64,000 nt of DNA, taken from assembly GCA_963674705.1 (NCBI GenBank), contig OY771506.1:4544001-4608000 (forward strand), read 5' to 3'. The notes beneath the pieces were generated by a model. The model did no database searches, was not told the origin of the DNA, and saw only the letters and a program-made list of their open reading frames with translations. Positions 1-10,766 of the stretch are shown here, one piece after another. How positions within the stretch are numbered: the stretch's first letter is position 1; the number at the start of each line of letters is the position of its first letter. A program made the position numbers and the translations under genes. Source of the stretch: Phycisphaeraceae bacterium (GTDB taxonomy: Bacteria; Planctomycetota; Phycisphaerae; Phycisphaerales; Phycisphaeraceae).

Positions 1-446
1 CCAGCCCGCAAGGCTTTCACCATGCCGTAACCGGTCGACCATGATTGGATCTCACCACTGGTTGGATCGACTTCCGGTTCAAATTCCGGGCAGCCCCAGA
101 AGATGTTGGTGTTATCGACTTCAACGTCCCGGTCCTCATCCTTGCCCATGTAGGGAGCAAGTGTCTGGAACCAAACCTTGGCTTGCGTATAGCTGATACC
201 GGGGCCCCACCGGTTGCTTGGCAGCACGATCTGGTCCTTGGAATCCAAGCCGTAGTAGTAATGGCCCATGCCGATCTGTCGGAGGTTGCTCAGGCAGACC
301 GCGGATCGTGCGGTTCGGCGTGCGGCGCCGAGGGCCGGCAGCAGGATGCCGACCAGCAGCGCGATGATGGAAATCACCACAAGCAGTTCGATCAGCGTGA
401 AACCTGAACCCCGATCTGATCCTTGTCCGTGTATCTTCATACTCAT
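1..446 (-). CDS. Prepilin-type N-terminal cleavage/methylation (DUF1559-like) protein, 3' end outside the window
   Basis: Not in the ORF track. Manual minus-strand translation from ATG 446 gives [63 protein letters not shown] lies upstream. Confidence 0.92.
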   Translation of the reverse strand, partial: MSMKIHGQGSDRGSGFTLIELLVVISIIALLVGILLPALGAARRTARSAVCLSNLRQIGMGHYYYGLDSKDQIVLPSNRWGPGISYTQAKVWFQTLAPYMGKDEDRDVEVDNTNIFWGCPEFEPEVDPTSGEIQSWSTGYGMVKALRA

Positions 447-630
447 GATTTTCGCCTCGTTAATGCGGTTGTGGTGATCTGCGAGGGACCACGTTTTGCC
501 ATCCTGGCACCCCCCCGATACGACCATTGAAGTCTACCCCGTGCTCCTCTGATCTACCACGCGATTTTACGCATCGTAACGCGTGGTAAAACGGAAACTT
601 ACCCCGCAAAATCGTCGTAAATAACCCACT

Positions 631-2292
631 TCAACGCCCAAACGGCTGTGGCAGGCTCAGCAAGTTCTGTACAGCTTTATCACCAAGCCGGCACCGCAAC
701 TGCTCCAGGTACAGGCTCTCGGGCTGGACGTGCCGACCGGGCGATTCGATGATCCCGAAGGTTGCTTTATCCGTCAGCCGCCACGCGGGATTCAGCGGCT
801 TGTTTTGGGCCAGGTAGTCCTTATCCGTGTGCCTGCGGAATTCCTCCGGATCGCTGAAGACAGGCGGGTGGAATTCGCCGATCACGCCGATCGCCCAGTT
901 CTGGCTGGTCGGCGGGTTGTGCATGACGTAGTGATCGACGACGCAGTTCCACATCACGTTGTTCGCGGCGGCCCAGCCGTGACCGGAGCCCATGTGCAGG
1001 CGGTTCTGGATGCGGATCGAGTGTTCAGGAATACGCACGTTATCAAACAGGATGCCGGCAGCCCAGCGATGGTGCGGGCCTGAATCCAGGTGTGATTGAT
1101 CCGCCCAGCAATCGACGAATGCGCTGGGGCCGGGCAGGCGGCTGTCGACCGCGAAGTCGTGTCGGCCGTTACGTGCGTAGCAGCGATAAAACAACGACAG
1201 TTGTCCCGCGAGATTGAACGGATAACGCCGCGAACCGGTGATCTTCGACACGGGATCCAGGCAAGTGCAACCGGCAACGGTGACCCACTTAGCCTCGCGT
1301 CTGATATCAGCCAGTCCGAAGCCGAAGTACATCGAGCTGACATCTTGAACCCAGACGTTGGTTGCTTTGTCGATGCGTACAACGGTCCAGCCATGTGATT
1401 CATCATTATCCTCCGGCTTGCCGGCAAACTCCGAGTGTGCTCGCAGATTTTCAACGCCGACCTTGTCGATCCTGCCGGGATAGTCGTAAGGATAGATGCG
1501 GCCGCCGCCGTAGCGTTGATCCATAGAGTTACCCAACGGTGCGTCGATCGTGATCCGGTTGCCGTCGATTGCGGTGATGACACGATCGAAGTAAAGGTCG
1601 AAGTCGCCGGGTTTCCAACTGCTGACTGGATTGCCGTCTGAGCGTGGCGGGATACTGTCCATACCGATGACGGCCATCCATTCGGCAGTGCTTGGCCGTT
1701 GCACGATGATGTTTTGCCCTACCTTGAAACCACTGGCATCATCCACGTTGAACGATACGGCGCCGACCGGGACATACACATCGATCACCTGAACCGCCTG
1801 GTCATCGTGGTCCTGCCTGCTACCGGAACCGCCTACTTCGATAAGCGTTCGCTTGACATCACCTGTTGCGATCAGCAATGTGCCGGTTTCGGCATCCTGG
1901 CCTTCACCACGCAGCACGACACCGCTGTGGCGCAGGTAGATCGTGCCGGCAACTTCGTACGTGCCACGCTTCAGCAGCACCGCGCCGCGGAAGCCGTCTT
2001 CATCCATCGGCATCGCGCCGACGCTGTCGATCGCTTGCTGGATGCGGGCCCCGTCATCACCATCGCCCGGCTCCACCGTGGCTTTCAACGCCACTTCGGG
2101 TAACGCGACACCACCGCCTCCGTATCCACAATTCGAGAAGTCGGGGATACGGTCGCCGACATCCGTGGTTTTGTACTCGAGCTTGCCTTGATCGTTGTAG
2201 TAAACCCATTGACTTTTTGGGTTTTCCGCAAGCGTCGTGCAGGACATGAGCGTGAGCAATAACAGGACAATGGATAAACCTCGGTGATTCAT
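631..2292 (-). CDS. Secreted right-handed beta-helix (pectin-lyase-like fold) protein, putative polysaccharide-active enzyme
   Basis: Signal peptide; IPDFSNCGYGGGG; DDGARIQQAID...GAVLLKRGTYEV...GVVLRGEG, typical of a beta-helix N-cap. Confidence 0.75.
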   Translation of the reverse strand: MNHRGLSIVLLLLTLMSCTTLAENPKSQWVYYNDQGKLEYKTTDVGDRIPDFSNCGYGGGGVALPEVALKATVEPGDGDDGARIQQAIDSVGAMPMDEDGFRGAVLLKRGTYEVAGTIYLRHSGVVLRGEGQDAETGTLLIATGDVKRTLIEVGGSGSRQDHDDQAVQVIDVYVPVGAVSFNVDDASGFKVGQNIIVQRPSTAEWMAVIGMDSIPPRSDGNPVSSWKPGDFDLYFDRVITAIDGNRITIDAPLGNSMDQRYGGGRIYPYDYPGRIDKVGVENLRAHSEFAGKPEDNDESHGWTVVRIDKATNVWVQDVSSMYFGFGLADIRREAKWVTVAGCTCLDPVSKITGSRRYPFNLAGQLSLFYRCYARNGRHDFAVDSRLPGPSAFVDCWADQSHLDSGPHHRWAAGILFDNVRIPEHSIRIQNRLHMGSGHGWAAANNVMWNCVVDHYVMHNPPTSQNWAIGVIGEFHPPVFSDPEEFRRHTDKDYLAQNKPLNPAWRLTDKATFGIIESPGRHVQPESLYLEQLRCRLGDKAVQNLLSLPQPFGR

Positions 2293-2359
2293 CTTCGGTC
2301 CACCTTCAAACAGGAGTCAGGTTGTTACAGATGCCTCGCAATGGGCGATAGACATCACG

Positions 2360-3529
2360 CTAATAGTTACTAGGCTGCCGGCGGAACTCGCTCGGCGACT
2401 TGCCCGCGATACGTCTGAAAACCATATTCATCTGTGGCGTGCTGCTGAATCCTGAGCGCGCCGCGATCTTAGATATCGGTAGTTCGGTCTCGGTGAGTAA
2501 CCGTTTGGCCTGCTCGATATGCACGCGATGAATCTCGGCAAGGGGCGTGCGGTTAAGCAAAGCCTTGAACTTGTGTTCAAGCGAACGCCGGGAAATCGCC
2601 ACCACGTCCAGCACATCCTCCACCTGGATTGGCTTGTCCGCATTTTCACGGATGAACAGCAGCGCCTTGGAAACGACCGGGTCCGCGGTGATCGTGATAT
2701 CCGTGGATCGGCGCGTGACGACCGAAGTCGGTGAAAACAGGATCGATCCGCCATCGACCTTTTCGCCTTGCATCAGTTTGTCCAGCACGTGGGCGGCTTC
2801 GTAACCGACCTGCTCCATCGGCGATCGTACGCTTGACAATTGCGGGTAAGCGAACTGGCAGACCATCTCGTCATCATCAGCGCCGACCAGGCCGACCTGC
2901 TCCGGCACCGTTAAACCGATCTGCCGACACACCTCGCTGAGCGTGAAACCCAGGTAATCCTGGTAGGCGAACAGGCCGATTGGTTTCGGCAAGCTCTCAA
3001 TCCATTCTCGCAAGTGTGTCTGGGCTTTATCGGATAATCCGTCACGGATCGGGGCGCCGTTGCTCGTTTCATCCGACCATTCAAACTCATGACATTCGAT
3101 CCCGGCGTCTTTGCATTGCTTAAGAAAACCGTCACGCCGATCGATCCCATAGACACGGGTCATGTCGCCGCAGAACGCCAGCCTGGGATACCCGCGATCG
3201 ATCAGGTGCTTGGCGGCGAGTTGTCCGACCTCGGAGTCCTTGATGCCCACGGTGAGGAACGCGCCATCGCGCAAACCCCGGGACACGTTAACGACGGGAC
3301 ATCCCAGCTTCTTCACGGCGGGGTAAAGGTCTTCGCTGCCGCAGTGGATGATCAAACCGGTCGGTTTCCAATCGCGCACCTCGTCCAGGCGTTCGGGTTC
3401 ATTCGAGGCGATACGCAGAAGCCACGGCTGGAAAGGCCGGGCATAAGTACCTATTCCCTGCGAGATTCTTCGACAAAAACTCGAACGGGTGGACATGAGC
3501 ACCGCAACACGATCCAGTTTTTCGTTCAT
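2360..3529 (-). CDS. XylR-like regulator (sugar-binding domain plus C-terminal AraC HTH)
   Basis: VGADDDEMVC..PQLSSV, then ISRRSLEHKFK...IEQAKRLLTETELPISKIAARSGFSS. Confidence 0.9.
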   Translation of the reverse strand: MNEKLDRVAVLMSTRSSFCRRISQGIGTYARPFQPWLLRIASNEPERLDEVRDWKPTGLIIHCGSEDLYPAVKKLGCPVVNVSRGLRDGAFLTVGIKDSEVGQLAAKHLIDRGYPRLAFCGDMTRVYGIDRRDGFLKQCKDAGIECHEFEWSDETSNGAPIRDGLSDKAQTHLREWIESLPKPIGLFAYQDYLGFTLSEVCRQIGLTVPEQVGLVGADDDEMVCQFAYPQLSSVRSPMEQVGYEAAHVLDKLMQGEKVDGGSILFSPTSVVTRRSTDITITADPVVSKALLFIRENADKPIQVEDVLDVVAISRRSLEHKFKALLNRTPLAEIHRVHIEQAKRLLTETELPISKIAARSGFSSTPQMNMVFRRIAGKSPSEFRRQPSNY

Positions 3530-3619
3530 GTCGGGCTCTCCAACGTCTTACAAGGCCTAAACCATGCAAATAGCGTTATTAATATACGCTCAGTATGCAT
3601 ATCCGGTAAATACGATATC

Positions 3620-4537
3620 TCAAGTCTTCCCTTCAGGAATTGACACACAGGTGTTGGTCATCGCCTCAACAATACGGACTACCTCCAGCATGCGCTGCGC
3701 GTCATGTTCATCACGATGAGGATCCATGGCGAAGTCGAGGATAGCGAGCAACAATCTCTCATTGCACACTTTCGAGTCATATCCAAGATCGATGGACAGG
3801 GCCTCACCAGGTTTTTGCACTTTTGCTTCAAAAGATACTTGCGATCGACTATACCCACGCAGCCCAGCCACACGATCATCTTGCCAATGGATGGTGGTCT
3901 GCTCGGTGTCTTCCGACACGGTTCTATCCAGGCTGCGCCAGGCAGGGCCGTAGAAGTCGACCGCCAGATCTACCAGGTGGACGCCGTACCACAGCGGCGG
4001 GGGCAAGGTATCGTGGGGCGGCATCGGGCCGATGATTTCGATGCTTGTTGATGATTCTGAAGCGGTGTTGCTTGAACGTAACTGGCACCATCCGGGGCTG
4101 AACCTAACAGAAGATGCGCTGAATATTCTGCCCCCGACCCCCTGCGCCTTATCTAGCATGGACTGTGCTTGATCCGAAGTCGGTGCGAGGAACTTCTCAA
4201 CGTAGATCGGCTTGCCGGAACCGACAACGTGCTGAAAGCACTGGTATCGGTCTTCAGCATCGGCGGATAACAACAGTAAAACATCGCACGCTTCCGCAAC
4301 CTCTTCCGGCGTGTTACACAGTGACACGCCATATTCACGTTCAAGCTGCTCGCCGTGACGTCTTGCGCGTTCGGCATCGAGCATGTTGTTACGGCTGGGC
4401 CAGGCACATGCTTTAGTGATTCGGACAATGCATGGCAGATCGCTGCTGTCGGTATCAGATAACAGCTTCGCAAACGCGATGCTGCGTGAACTATCCAATC
4501 CAATCATACCGATCCGAATAAAGCTCTTCATGCTCAT
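3620..4537 (-). CDS. Gfo/Idh/MocA family oxidoreductase
   Basis: RIGMIGLDSS Rossmann start, GKPIYVEK, WYGVHLVD. Confidence 0.8.
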   Translation of the reverse strand: MSMKSFIRIGMIGLDSSRSIAFAKLLSDTDSSDLPCIVRITKACAWPSRNNMLDAERARRHGEQLEREYGVSLCNTPEEVAEACDVLLLLSADAEDRYQCFQHVVGSGKPIYVEKFLAPTSDQAQSMLDKAQGVGGRIFSASSVRFSPGWCQLRSSNTASESSTSIEIIGPMPPHDTLPPPLWYGVHLVDLAVDFYGPAWRSLDRTVSEDTEQTTIHWQDDRVAGLRGYSRSQVSFEAKVQKPGEALSIDLGYDSKVCNERLLLAILDFAMDPHRDEHDAQRMLEVVRIVEAMTNTCVSIPEGKT

Positions 4538-4555
4538 CTACCCTCACATAACGAC

Positions 4556-5647
4556 TCAGGCATCAAGCCAGGCATCACGATTCGCTTCGACAAATTCATC
4601 ATCACAGAGATGGGGATAGCTCTTGTAGACGCGTTCGATTTCTTCGAGTTGGCCCGGGCCCAAGGATTCGCAGCTATTTAGGCAGCGTTTCTCAGCGAGT
4701 AAACCCTGCCGCCAAAGCACTTCGTGCAATCCCATGATGCAACCTTTAAAGCGATTTGCTGCATCAAAGAATGCGGCGTTTGCGTCTGTCACTTCATTTG
4801 CCAGGCATAGCAGATCACGTGGTATCGGCTCGCCGGAATCCGCAACGGCACGGCAGCGATCGAATATCTGAACCGCTGTGCGTGTCCATACCGACCAGTG
4901 GCCAAGCAAACCGCCGATGATCCGTCGCTCTACCTGTTTGCCGTTGACTTCAAAGCGATAGGTTGAGAGCAGGTCGATCACGATGTTGTCATCGTTGCCT
5001 GTGTATAGCGCGATGTCGTCGCGGCCGGCTTCCGCAACCGCCCGTACGACATCGAGCGTCTGGTAGCGATTAAAGGGCGCTATCTTGATCGCACACACCG
5101 AGGGGATTTCGGCGAATTCGCGCCAGAACGCGTAAGACAACGCGCGGCCACCCACCGAGGGTTGAAGGTAAAAACCAATCAGGGGGATGATCTGACCGAT
5201 CATCCTGCAATGATCGAGCAATTCATCCTGACTCAGCTTTTCAAGACCCGCCAGGGAAAGCAAACCCGCATCGTATCCCAGGTCGTGCAGTATGGATGCT
5301 TCGCGTATCGCCTGTGTCGTTTGGCCGCAGACCCCCCCCACCATGGCAACGGGATGATTGTGTTGCTTTGATTCAGTCATCGCGAGTTCGAGCACCGGCC
5401 GGTACAAGCCGGTTTCAGGATCGTGTATCTCGAACTGCGTGGTATGCACCGCGACCGCCAGGCCGCCAGAGCCGGCCGCGAGGTAATAACGGCTTAATGC
5501 GCGTTGACGGCGTTCATCCAGTCGGCCTGATGATGTCAGCGCCAGCGGGTGCGCCGGTATCGCGACGCCTTTAGACAACATGGCCAATCCGGCTGACTCC
5601 GGTTGCGTATTGGCGACTGTTTCGTTGAAAGTGTTCGATGAACTCAT
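4556..5647 (-). CDS. Dihydrodipicolinate-synthase-like (class I aldolase/lyase) family protein
   Basis: IPAHPLAL, AVAVHTTQF, FYLQ, catalytic-type KIAPF, LYTGNDD. Confidence 0.85.
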   Translation of the reverse strand: MSSSNTFNETVANTQPESAGLAMLSKGVAIPAHPLALTSSGRLDERRQRALSRYYLAAGSGGLAVAVHTTQFEIHDPETGLYRPVLELAMTESKQHNHPVAMVGGVCGQTTQAIREASILHDLGYDAGLLSLAGLEKLSQDELLDHCRMIGQIIPLIGFYLQPSVGGRALSYAFWREFAEIPSVCAIKIAPFNRYQTLDVVRAVAEAGRDDIALYTGNDDNIVIDLLSTYRFEVNGKQVERRIIGGLLGHWSVWTRTAVQIFDRCRAVADSGEPIPRDLLCLANEVTDANAAFFDAANRFKGCIMGLHEVLWRQGLLAEKRCLNSCESLGPGQLEEIERVYKSYPHLCDDEFVEANRDAWLDA

Positions 5648-5649
5648 GA

Positions 5650-6741
5650 CTAAAACCTCCCGTCACGGGATTCGAACTTGGTCGGCTTATTGAGCACTTC
5701 GCCGCCATCGTTGATCCATCGTGCTACCGCGCGGATGACCGTCCCGATCGGCTGGCGTGGATAACCCAACCGATCGTGGCCCATCTTGCCACAGCTCAAT
5801 AAAGCGTCGCTGCTCTCCTGCCCAGTGAATGTCGGTTCGATCCCCATCTCTTCGCCTAACATCGTCACGACCTGTCGGACGCTGAGCGTTTCAGGGCCCG
5901 TCACGTTGATGACAAATGGCGGCGAAGATGCGAGCGGCAACGAAGCCAGCGTCATGGCGTTAGCATCTGCCTGCCAGATGGCATTGAAGTAACCGGTCTG
6001 CAGATCGATCGGTTGGGATTGTTTGAGCTTGAGCGCAAGATCAACGATCACGCCGTAGCGGAGTTCCACCGCGTAATTCAAACGGATGATGGAAACCGGC
6101 AGTCCTTGTGTCCGGCTGAAGTATTCGAACATGCGTTCGCGCCCCAGGCAACTCATGGCGTATTCGCCAACCGGCAAGATCGGGTCCTGCTCGGTTGCGC
6201 CCCCGCTCTCAACCGATACCGGCCCGTACACGTTGCCTGTTGAAAAGGCTGCGATGCGGCTGTCGGGATAACGTTCGCATACCAATGCGGGCAGATAGGC
6301 GTTCATCGCCCAGGTTGTCGCAGTGTCGGCGGCGCTGCCGAACTTCATGCCGGCGAGGAAGATGATGTTCTTTGCATCGGGTAGTGATGCGACCTGCTTC
6401 CGATTCAACAGATCGCAGGCGACGGTTTGTATCCCAGCATTTTCGAGTTGCTCTCGCACAGGCTCGCTGCCGGAGCCGAACCGTGAGACGCCGATTACAT
6501 TGCGTTTTACGCCAGCGATATCTGATGCTTTTCTCGCCATCATCGCAAGGGTCGGTCCCATCTTGCCGTTGACACCCAGCAGGACCAGGTCGCCATCTGT
6601 TTTTGCCATCGCCTCAATAGCGGCCGGGCTCGGATCGCTCAGCGCGGATTCCAACTGCTGCACATCGCGGATCTGATCGATGGGGATGGCCGCTGTTTCT
6701 TTGTTCTGTAATTGCCTTGACACGTACTTAAGTCCTATCAC
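5650..6741 (-). CDS. NAD-dependent epimerase/dehydratase family protein
   Basis: LGVNGKMG, FSTGNVY, YAMSC, RLNYA. Start codon uncertain. Confidence 0.85.
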   Translation of the reverse strand: MIGLKYVSRQLQNKETAAIPIDQIRDVQQLESALSDPSPAAIEAMAKTDGDLVLLGVNGKMGPTLAMMARKASDIAGVKRNVIGVSRFGSGSEPVREQLENAGIQTVACDLLNRKQVASLPDAKNIIFLAGMKFGSAADTATTWAMNAYLPALVCERYPDSRIAAFSTGNVYGPVSVESGGATEQDPILPVGEYAMSCLGRERMFEYFSRTQGLPVSIIRLNYAVELRYGVIVDLALKLKQSQPIDLQTGYFNAIWQADANAMTLASLPLASSPPFVINVTGPETLSVRQVVTMLGEEMGIEPTFTGQESSDALLSCGKMGHDRLGYPRQPIGTVIRAVARWINDGGEVLNKPTKFESRDGRF

Positions 6742-6758
6742 TCACATAAACGGCAGCA

Positions 6759-7973
6759 CTAACTGGTCTGCCCGGGGATAAATCGAGAAAACACTGAACA
6801 CCTTAATGGTGTATCAGCTTGATGAGCCGCCAAACCGTTCAACAACGCCATCGTATGCCGACCGACTTCATTGAAGCAGATGTCTATCGTTGACAATTGA
6901 ACAGGCCACTCACGCTCACGCAGCAGCTTGCCTGTCCCGATGATCGATAGCGAGCCGGGGACATCGACGCCCGATTCCTGTGCAGCGATCAATCCGCCCC
7001 GGGCCTGGAAGTCGGATGCGTAGATGATGGCATCGGGACGTTCGGGTTGCGAGAGTAATTCGATCGTTGCGTCGTAGCCATCGGATTCCTGGTATCCGGC
7101 ATACTTTATCCAAGATTCGTTGAGGGGCAGGCCGTACATCATCCGCGCAACACCGAACGCATCCATGAGTTTGCCTGTGCTGAATCGCTGTTGTTTTGCT
7201 AATACCAGTGCGATTGATTTACGATTGCGATGCTGCACGAGATGATTGATCGCTTGCAGTACACCTGTCGTGTAATTGACCACGACGCAACGACTGTAGC
7301 CATCCGCCAGGTCGCTGTATTGCAGCACGTAAGGGATCGCCTTGCGTTGGCAGGCCATGATGAGCGATAAATTGACTGGCGATTCAAGAATCAACGCATC
7401 GACGCCGGACAAAAACGCCGGCTCGGTATCTTCGTTCGTAACAGATAAAGAAGCGTAATCGATCATCTGCATGGCCAGTTGACCATCGCATGCGCTTTCA
7501 AGACCTTCGAGCATGGGTTGGATGAACGGGTAGCCGTCACTGATGCCTGAAAAGACGATGCCGACCGATCGGATTGCAGATGGACTGGTGGGTGTGTTTT
7601 CATCAGCGTGTTGTGGCGGGCCGATGACGATGGTGCCGGAACCGGCCCGGCTGCGGATCAAGCCGCGTGCCGCCAGAGCCTGCATAGCACGACGAACGGT
7701 AACCTCGCTGATGCCCCAGAGTTTGCTGAGTTGGCGTTGGGACGGGATCCGGTCGCCGGGCTTGAGTTGCCGCTTGTTGATCTGCTGTTCGAGCAGGTCA
7801 CGCGTCTGGTCGTAAAGCGTGGAGGCCGCGTCGCTGTCCAGCTCCCGTCCGACTGCCTCAAAGATCTGGTCTGTGTGATCGTTGCGCATCCACCGAATCC
7901 CTTCCACGACACCCATAGCAGGCGAGTACGCCCAATTGCGATATCGCATTTGGTTGCCACCTATAGTCGACAA
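6759..7973 (-). CDS. GntR-family HTH with LacI-type sugar-binding domain
   Basis: LKPGDRIPSQRQLSKLWGISEVTVRRAMQAL...GSGT; C-terminal RPDAIIYASD/VPGSLSIIG. True start is probably downstream (about 7889-7948). Confidence 0.88.
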   Translation of the reverse strand: MSTIGGNQMRYRNWAYSPAMGVVEGIRWMRNDHTDQIFEAVGRELDSDAASTLYDQTRDLLEQQINKRQLKPGDRIPSQRQLSKLWGISEVTVRRAMQALAARGLIRSRAGSGTIVIGPPQHADENTPTSPSAIRSVGIVFSGISDGYPFIQPMLEGLESACDGQLAMQMIDYASLSVTNEDTEPAFLSGVDALILESPVNLSLIMACQRKAIPYVLQYSDLADGYSRCVVVNYTTGVLQAINHLVQHRNRKSIALVLAKQQRFSTGKLMDAFGVARMMYGLPLNESWIKYAGYQESDGYDATIELLSQPERPDAIIYASDFQARGGLIAAQESGVDVPGSLSIIGTGKLLREREWPVQLSTIDICFNEVGRHTMALLNGLAAHQADTPLRCSVFSRFIPGQTS

Positions 7974-8241
7974 TCATCGCTATTGCAATGGCCTGGCACC
8001 GGATTTTCGTATTAAAAGTGGTAATTTACGCTATTTAAAGGCGTCCGTACTGCCCAAACAAGCCTGCCGCCATGACCAGGAATATATATTTAACATGAGA
8101 TATCGCAAGAGATAACGACGTAACACGACAACCTCGGAGGCCTGCCTGGAGTCGTGCTGCGGCACGTCTGGAAATCCGATGGATCAACTCACCTTTCAGA
8201 CGATAGGGCCCTATTTGTTCTTCGTTTGATTCGTGAATTGA

Positions 8242-9815
8242 TCATGGATTCACCCGCTGATCCCACACCGTCAACTGTTCGAGGTTTTGTTTTGTTGGCA
8301 GCAGCAGGCCGGCCAGGTAGCCGACGATGAACATCACCACGTTGCCGATCAAGCCGGTGTAGTAGAGGTCGAATGGGACGGCTAACGACTGCGGTAAGAC
8401 CTGCGGCCAGTAGGTGGCGAACACCGTCCACAAGGTGAATGCGAATGAACACACGATCCCGAGCCAGATCGCTCGTGCGTCGCCATGTCGTGTGAAGAAG
8501 CCGATGAAGTACACCCCAAGCAAACCCGCGGAGACAAGCGAGACAATGATCGTCGATGTGTCCTGCAATGTCTTCGTGTCGATCTTCGTTTGCGTGATCG
8601 CGCCGCCGATCATGAATAGCGCCGCACATGTCGCGATCACCCAGGCTGCTTTCAGATAGTGTTTGTCTTGTTTGGCTTTGGATAAATGCCCGCGGTAGAT
8701 GTCGACCACCCCCACCGTCGAGATCGCGTTGATCGATGAATCCAGCGAACTCATCGCCGCGGCTAATGCGGCTGCGATCACCAGGCCCGCCAGGCCGGTC
8801 GGCAAGGTGTTCATGATGAAGTATGGCAGGACCTGCTCGGCTTTACGCACGCCCGTCAACATCTCGGCGGCGCGATCATCAGGGAACGCCTGGTAATACA
8901 CGAACAGTGCCGTACCCAGGAACATGAAGAACGCCCAGATCGGAACGCTTGCGCCGGCGCAGATGAACATCGCCTTGCGCGCTCCACGCGTGCTCTTCGC
9001 TGCGACGTAACGCTGCACCACGTTCTGACTCGATGCGAACTCCGTCAAATACCACATCAGACCCAGCACCAGCATCATCGACGTCGTCTTCATGCTTAAT
9101 GATAGGCTCCACGTCTGCGGCGCCGCTACGCCGTCGGTTACTTCGGCTAACGCGAACTTGTTGTGTTCGCCTGCGACTTCAAAGATCTGTCCAAGCCCGC
9201 CCGGCAGGTGCAACACGATGTACACCATACAGATCAGGCCACCGGTGACCAGCACGATCGTCTGCACCACGTCCGTCCACACCACCGCGTCGATCCCGCC
9301 CACCATCGTGTAGAACCCGACGAATACACCGCCGATGATCACGCACACCGTCAGGTCAAGCCCCGTCATCTCGTGCACGACCAGCGAGACCAGATACAGG
9401 ATGATGCTGATCCGGCAGAGCTGCGCCACGATGAACGCGAGCGCCGCGTAGATCCGCACCGACGGGCCGAAGCGTTGTTCGAGGTATTCGTAGGCCGTCG
9501 TTGCATTACCCCTTCTAAAAGGGGTAAAAACACGAACGCCGCGATCAACACCGCCAAAGGCAGCATCAGGTTCGGCAAAAACCTCAGCCACGCCGTCTTG
9601 TACGCATCACCCGGAAACGCAAGGAACGTCACCGAGCTGATCGACGTGCCGACCATGCTAAGCCCGATCGCCCAACCCGGGAACGAACGGCCGCCGACAA
9701 AGTACTGCTCCGTGTCGACATTGCGGCGCGAAAACCACAGGCCCATCAGCGCCATGATTGCCAGGTATCCCAGCAGGGTGACAAGATCAAGACCAAATAC
9801 ATTCAGGTTGGGCAT
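8242..9815 (-). pseudogene. Sodium:solute symporter (SSS) split by a frameshift at about 9517-9524
   Basis: ORF 9366..9815 holds the SSS N-terminus (YFVGGRSFPGWAIGLS...FVFLP); ORF 8242..9591 continues FRRGNATTAYEYLEQRFG. One base is missing in TTA CCC CTT TT AGA. Confidence 0.85.
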
Positions 9816-9840
9816 GGGTGTCCTTCTATGTATTCACGAT

Positions 9841-10758
9841 TTAAGTCGGCAACTTCGCGGCGAACGCATCCACCTCGGCAGTCGTGGGCACAGACGGCTG
9901 AGCGCCGACGTGTGTGCAGTCTAAAGCCCCGGCAATACAGGCCCGCTGGATCGCATCCGGCATCTCTAGTCCATCCGCAAGCCCCACGCACAACGCCGCC
10001 GTAAACGTGTCCCCCGCCGCCGTCGTGTCCACCGCATGCACGGGTACTGATGGCACATGCAAGTGCGAATCACGCTCGACCCATAACGCGCCGCGAGAGC
10101 CCAGCTTGACGACCATCTCGCTTACACCTTGGCTTTTAAGCGACTGTGATGCGCTGATTGCATCTTCGGCTTCGAGAACATGTTGTCCACTTAATATGGC
10201 TAACTCGGTTTCGTTGGGTGATACGATATCCGCCAGTGCCAACAGTTCATTGGGTAAATCTTTGGAGGCGGGCGCGGGATCGAGAATAACCTTCACGCCG
10301 CAGGCACGGGCTCGCCTGGCAGCCTCAAGATTGATATCGATCGGCGTTTCCAGTTGCAGCATCATGGCATCCGCCCACTCAAACATACTGTCGTCTTCGG
10401 GCAGCGTGATCTGGAAGTTCGCACCGGGTCCGACCAGGATGGAATTTTGAGCATTTGTCTCGTTAAGCAGGATCACGGCGGTGCCTCTGCCACGATCTGC
10501 GGTTGTCAGATGATCACAGTCGATTCCTTCTTTGACCAAACCATCACGAATAGCATGACCGAACGGATCATCCCCCACGCATCCGACGAACCTGACATCG
10601 TCGCCCAATCGCGCCGAAGCGACTGCGGCATTTGCCCCTTTGCCTCCGGGCACCAATTGGATATCGTCGATGAGTATGGTTTCGCCGGGTTTTGGCAACT
10701 GGCGCACGGGCGATACAATATCCATGTTCGCGATGCCAATAACAAGTATGTTTGCCAT
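9841..10758 (-). CDS. rbsK: Ribokinase-like PfkB sugar kinase
   Basis: PGGKGAN, PNETE, DTTAAGDTF. Confidence 0.88.
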   Translation of the reverse strand: MANILVIGIANMDIVSPVRQLPKPGETILIDDIQLVPGGKGANAAVASARLGDDVRFVGCVGDDPFGHAIRDGLVKEGIDCDHLTTADRGRGTAVILLNETNAQNSILVGPGANFQITLPEDDSMFEWADAMMLQLETPIDINLEAARRARACGVKVILDPAPASKDLPNELLALADIVSPNETELAILSGQHVLEAEDAISASQSLKSQGVSEMVVKLGSRGALWVERDSHLHVPSVPVHAVDTTAAGDTFTAALCVGLADGLEMPDAIQRACIAGALDCTHVGAQPSVPTTAEVDAFAAKLPT

Positions 10759-10766
10759 AGTCTGTT

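Noticed and set aside
45..477. Plus-strand ORFs 45..407 and 268..477
   Set aside because: Antisense shadows of the minus-strand prepilin gene; the same applies to 19032..19388 and 19169..19360.
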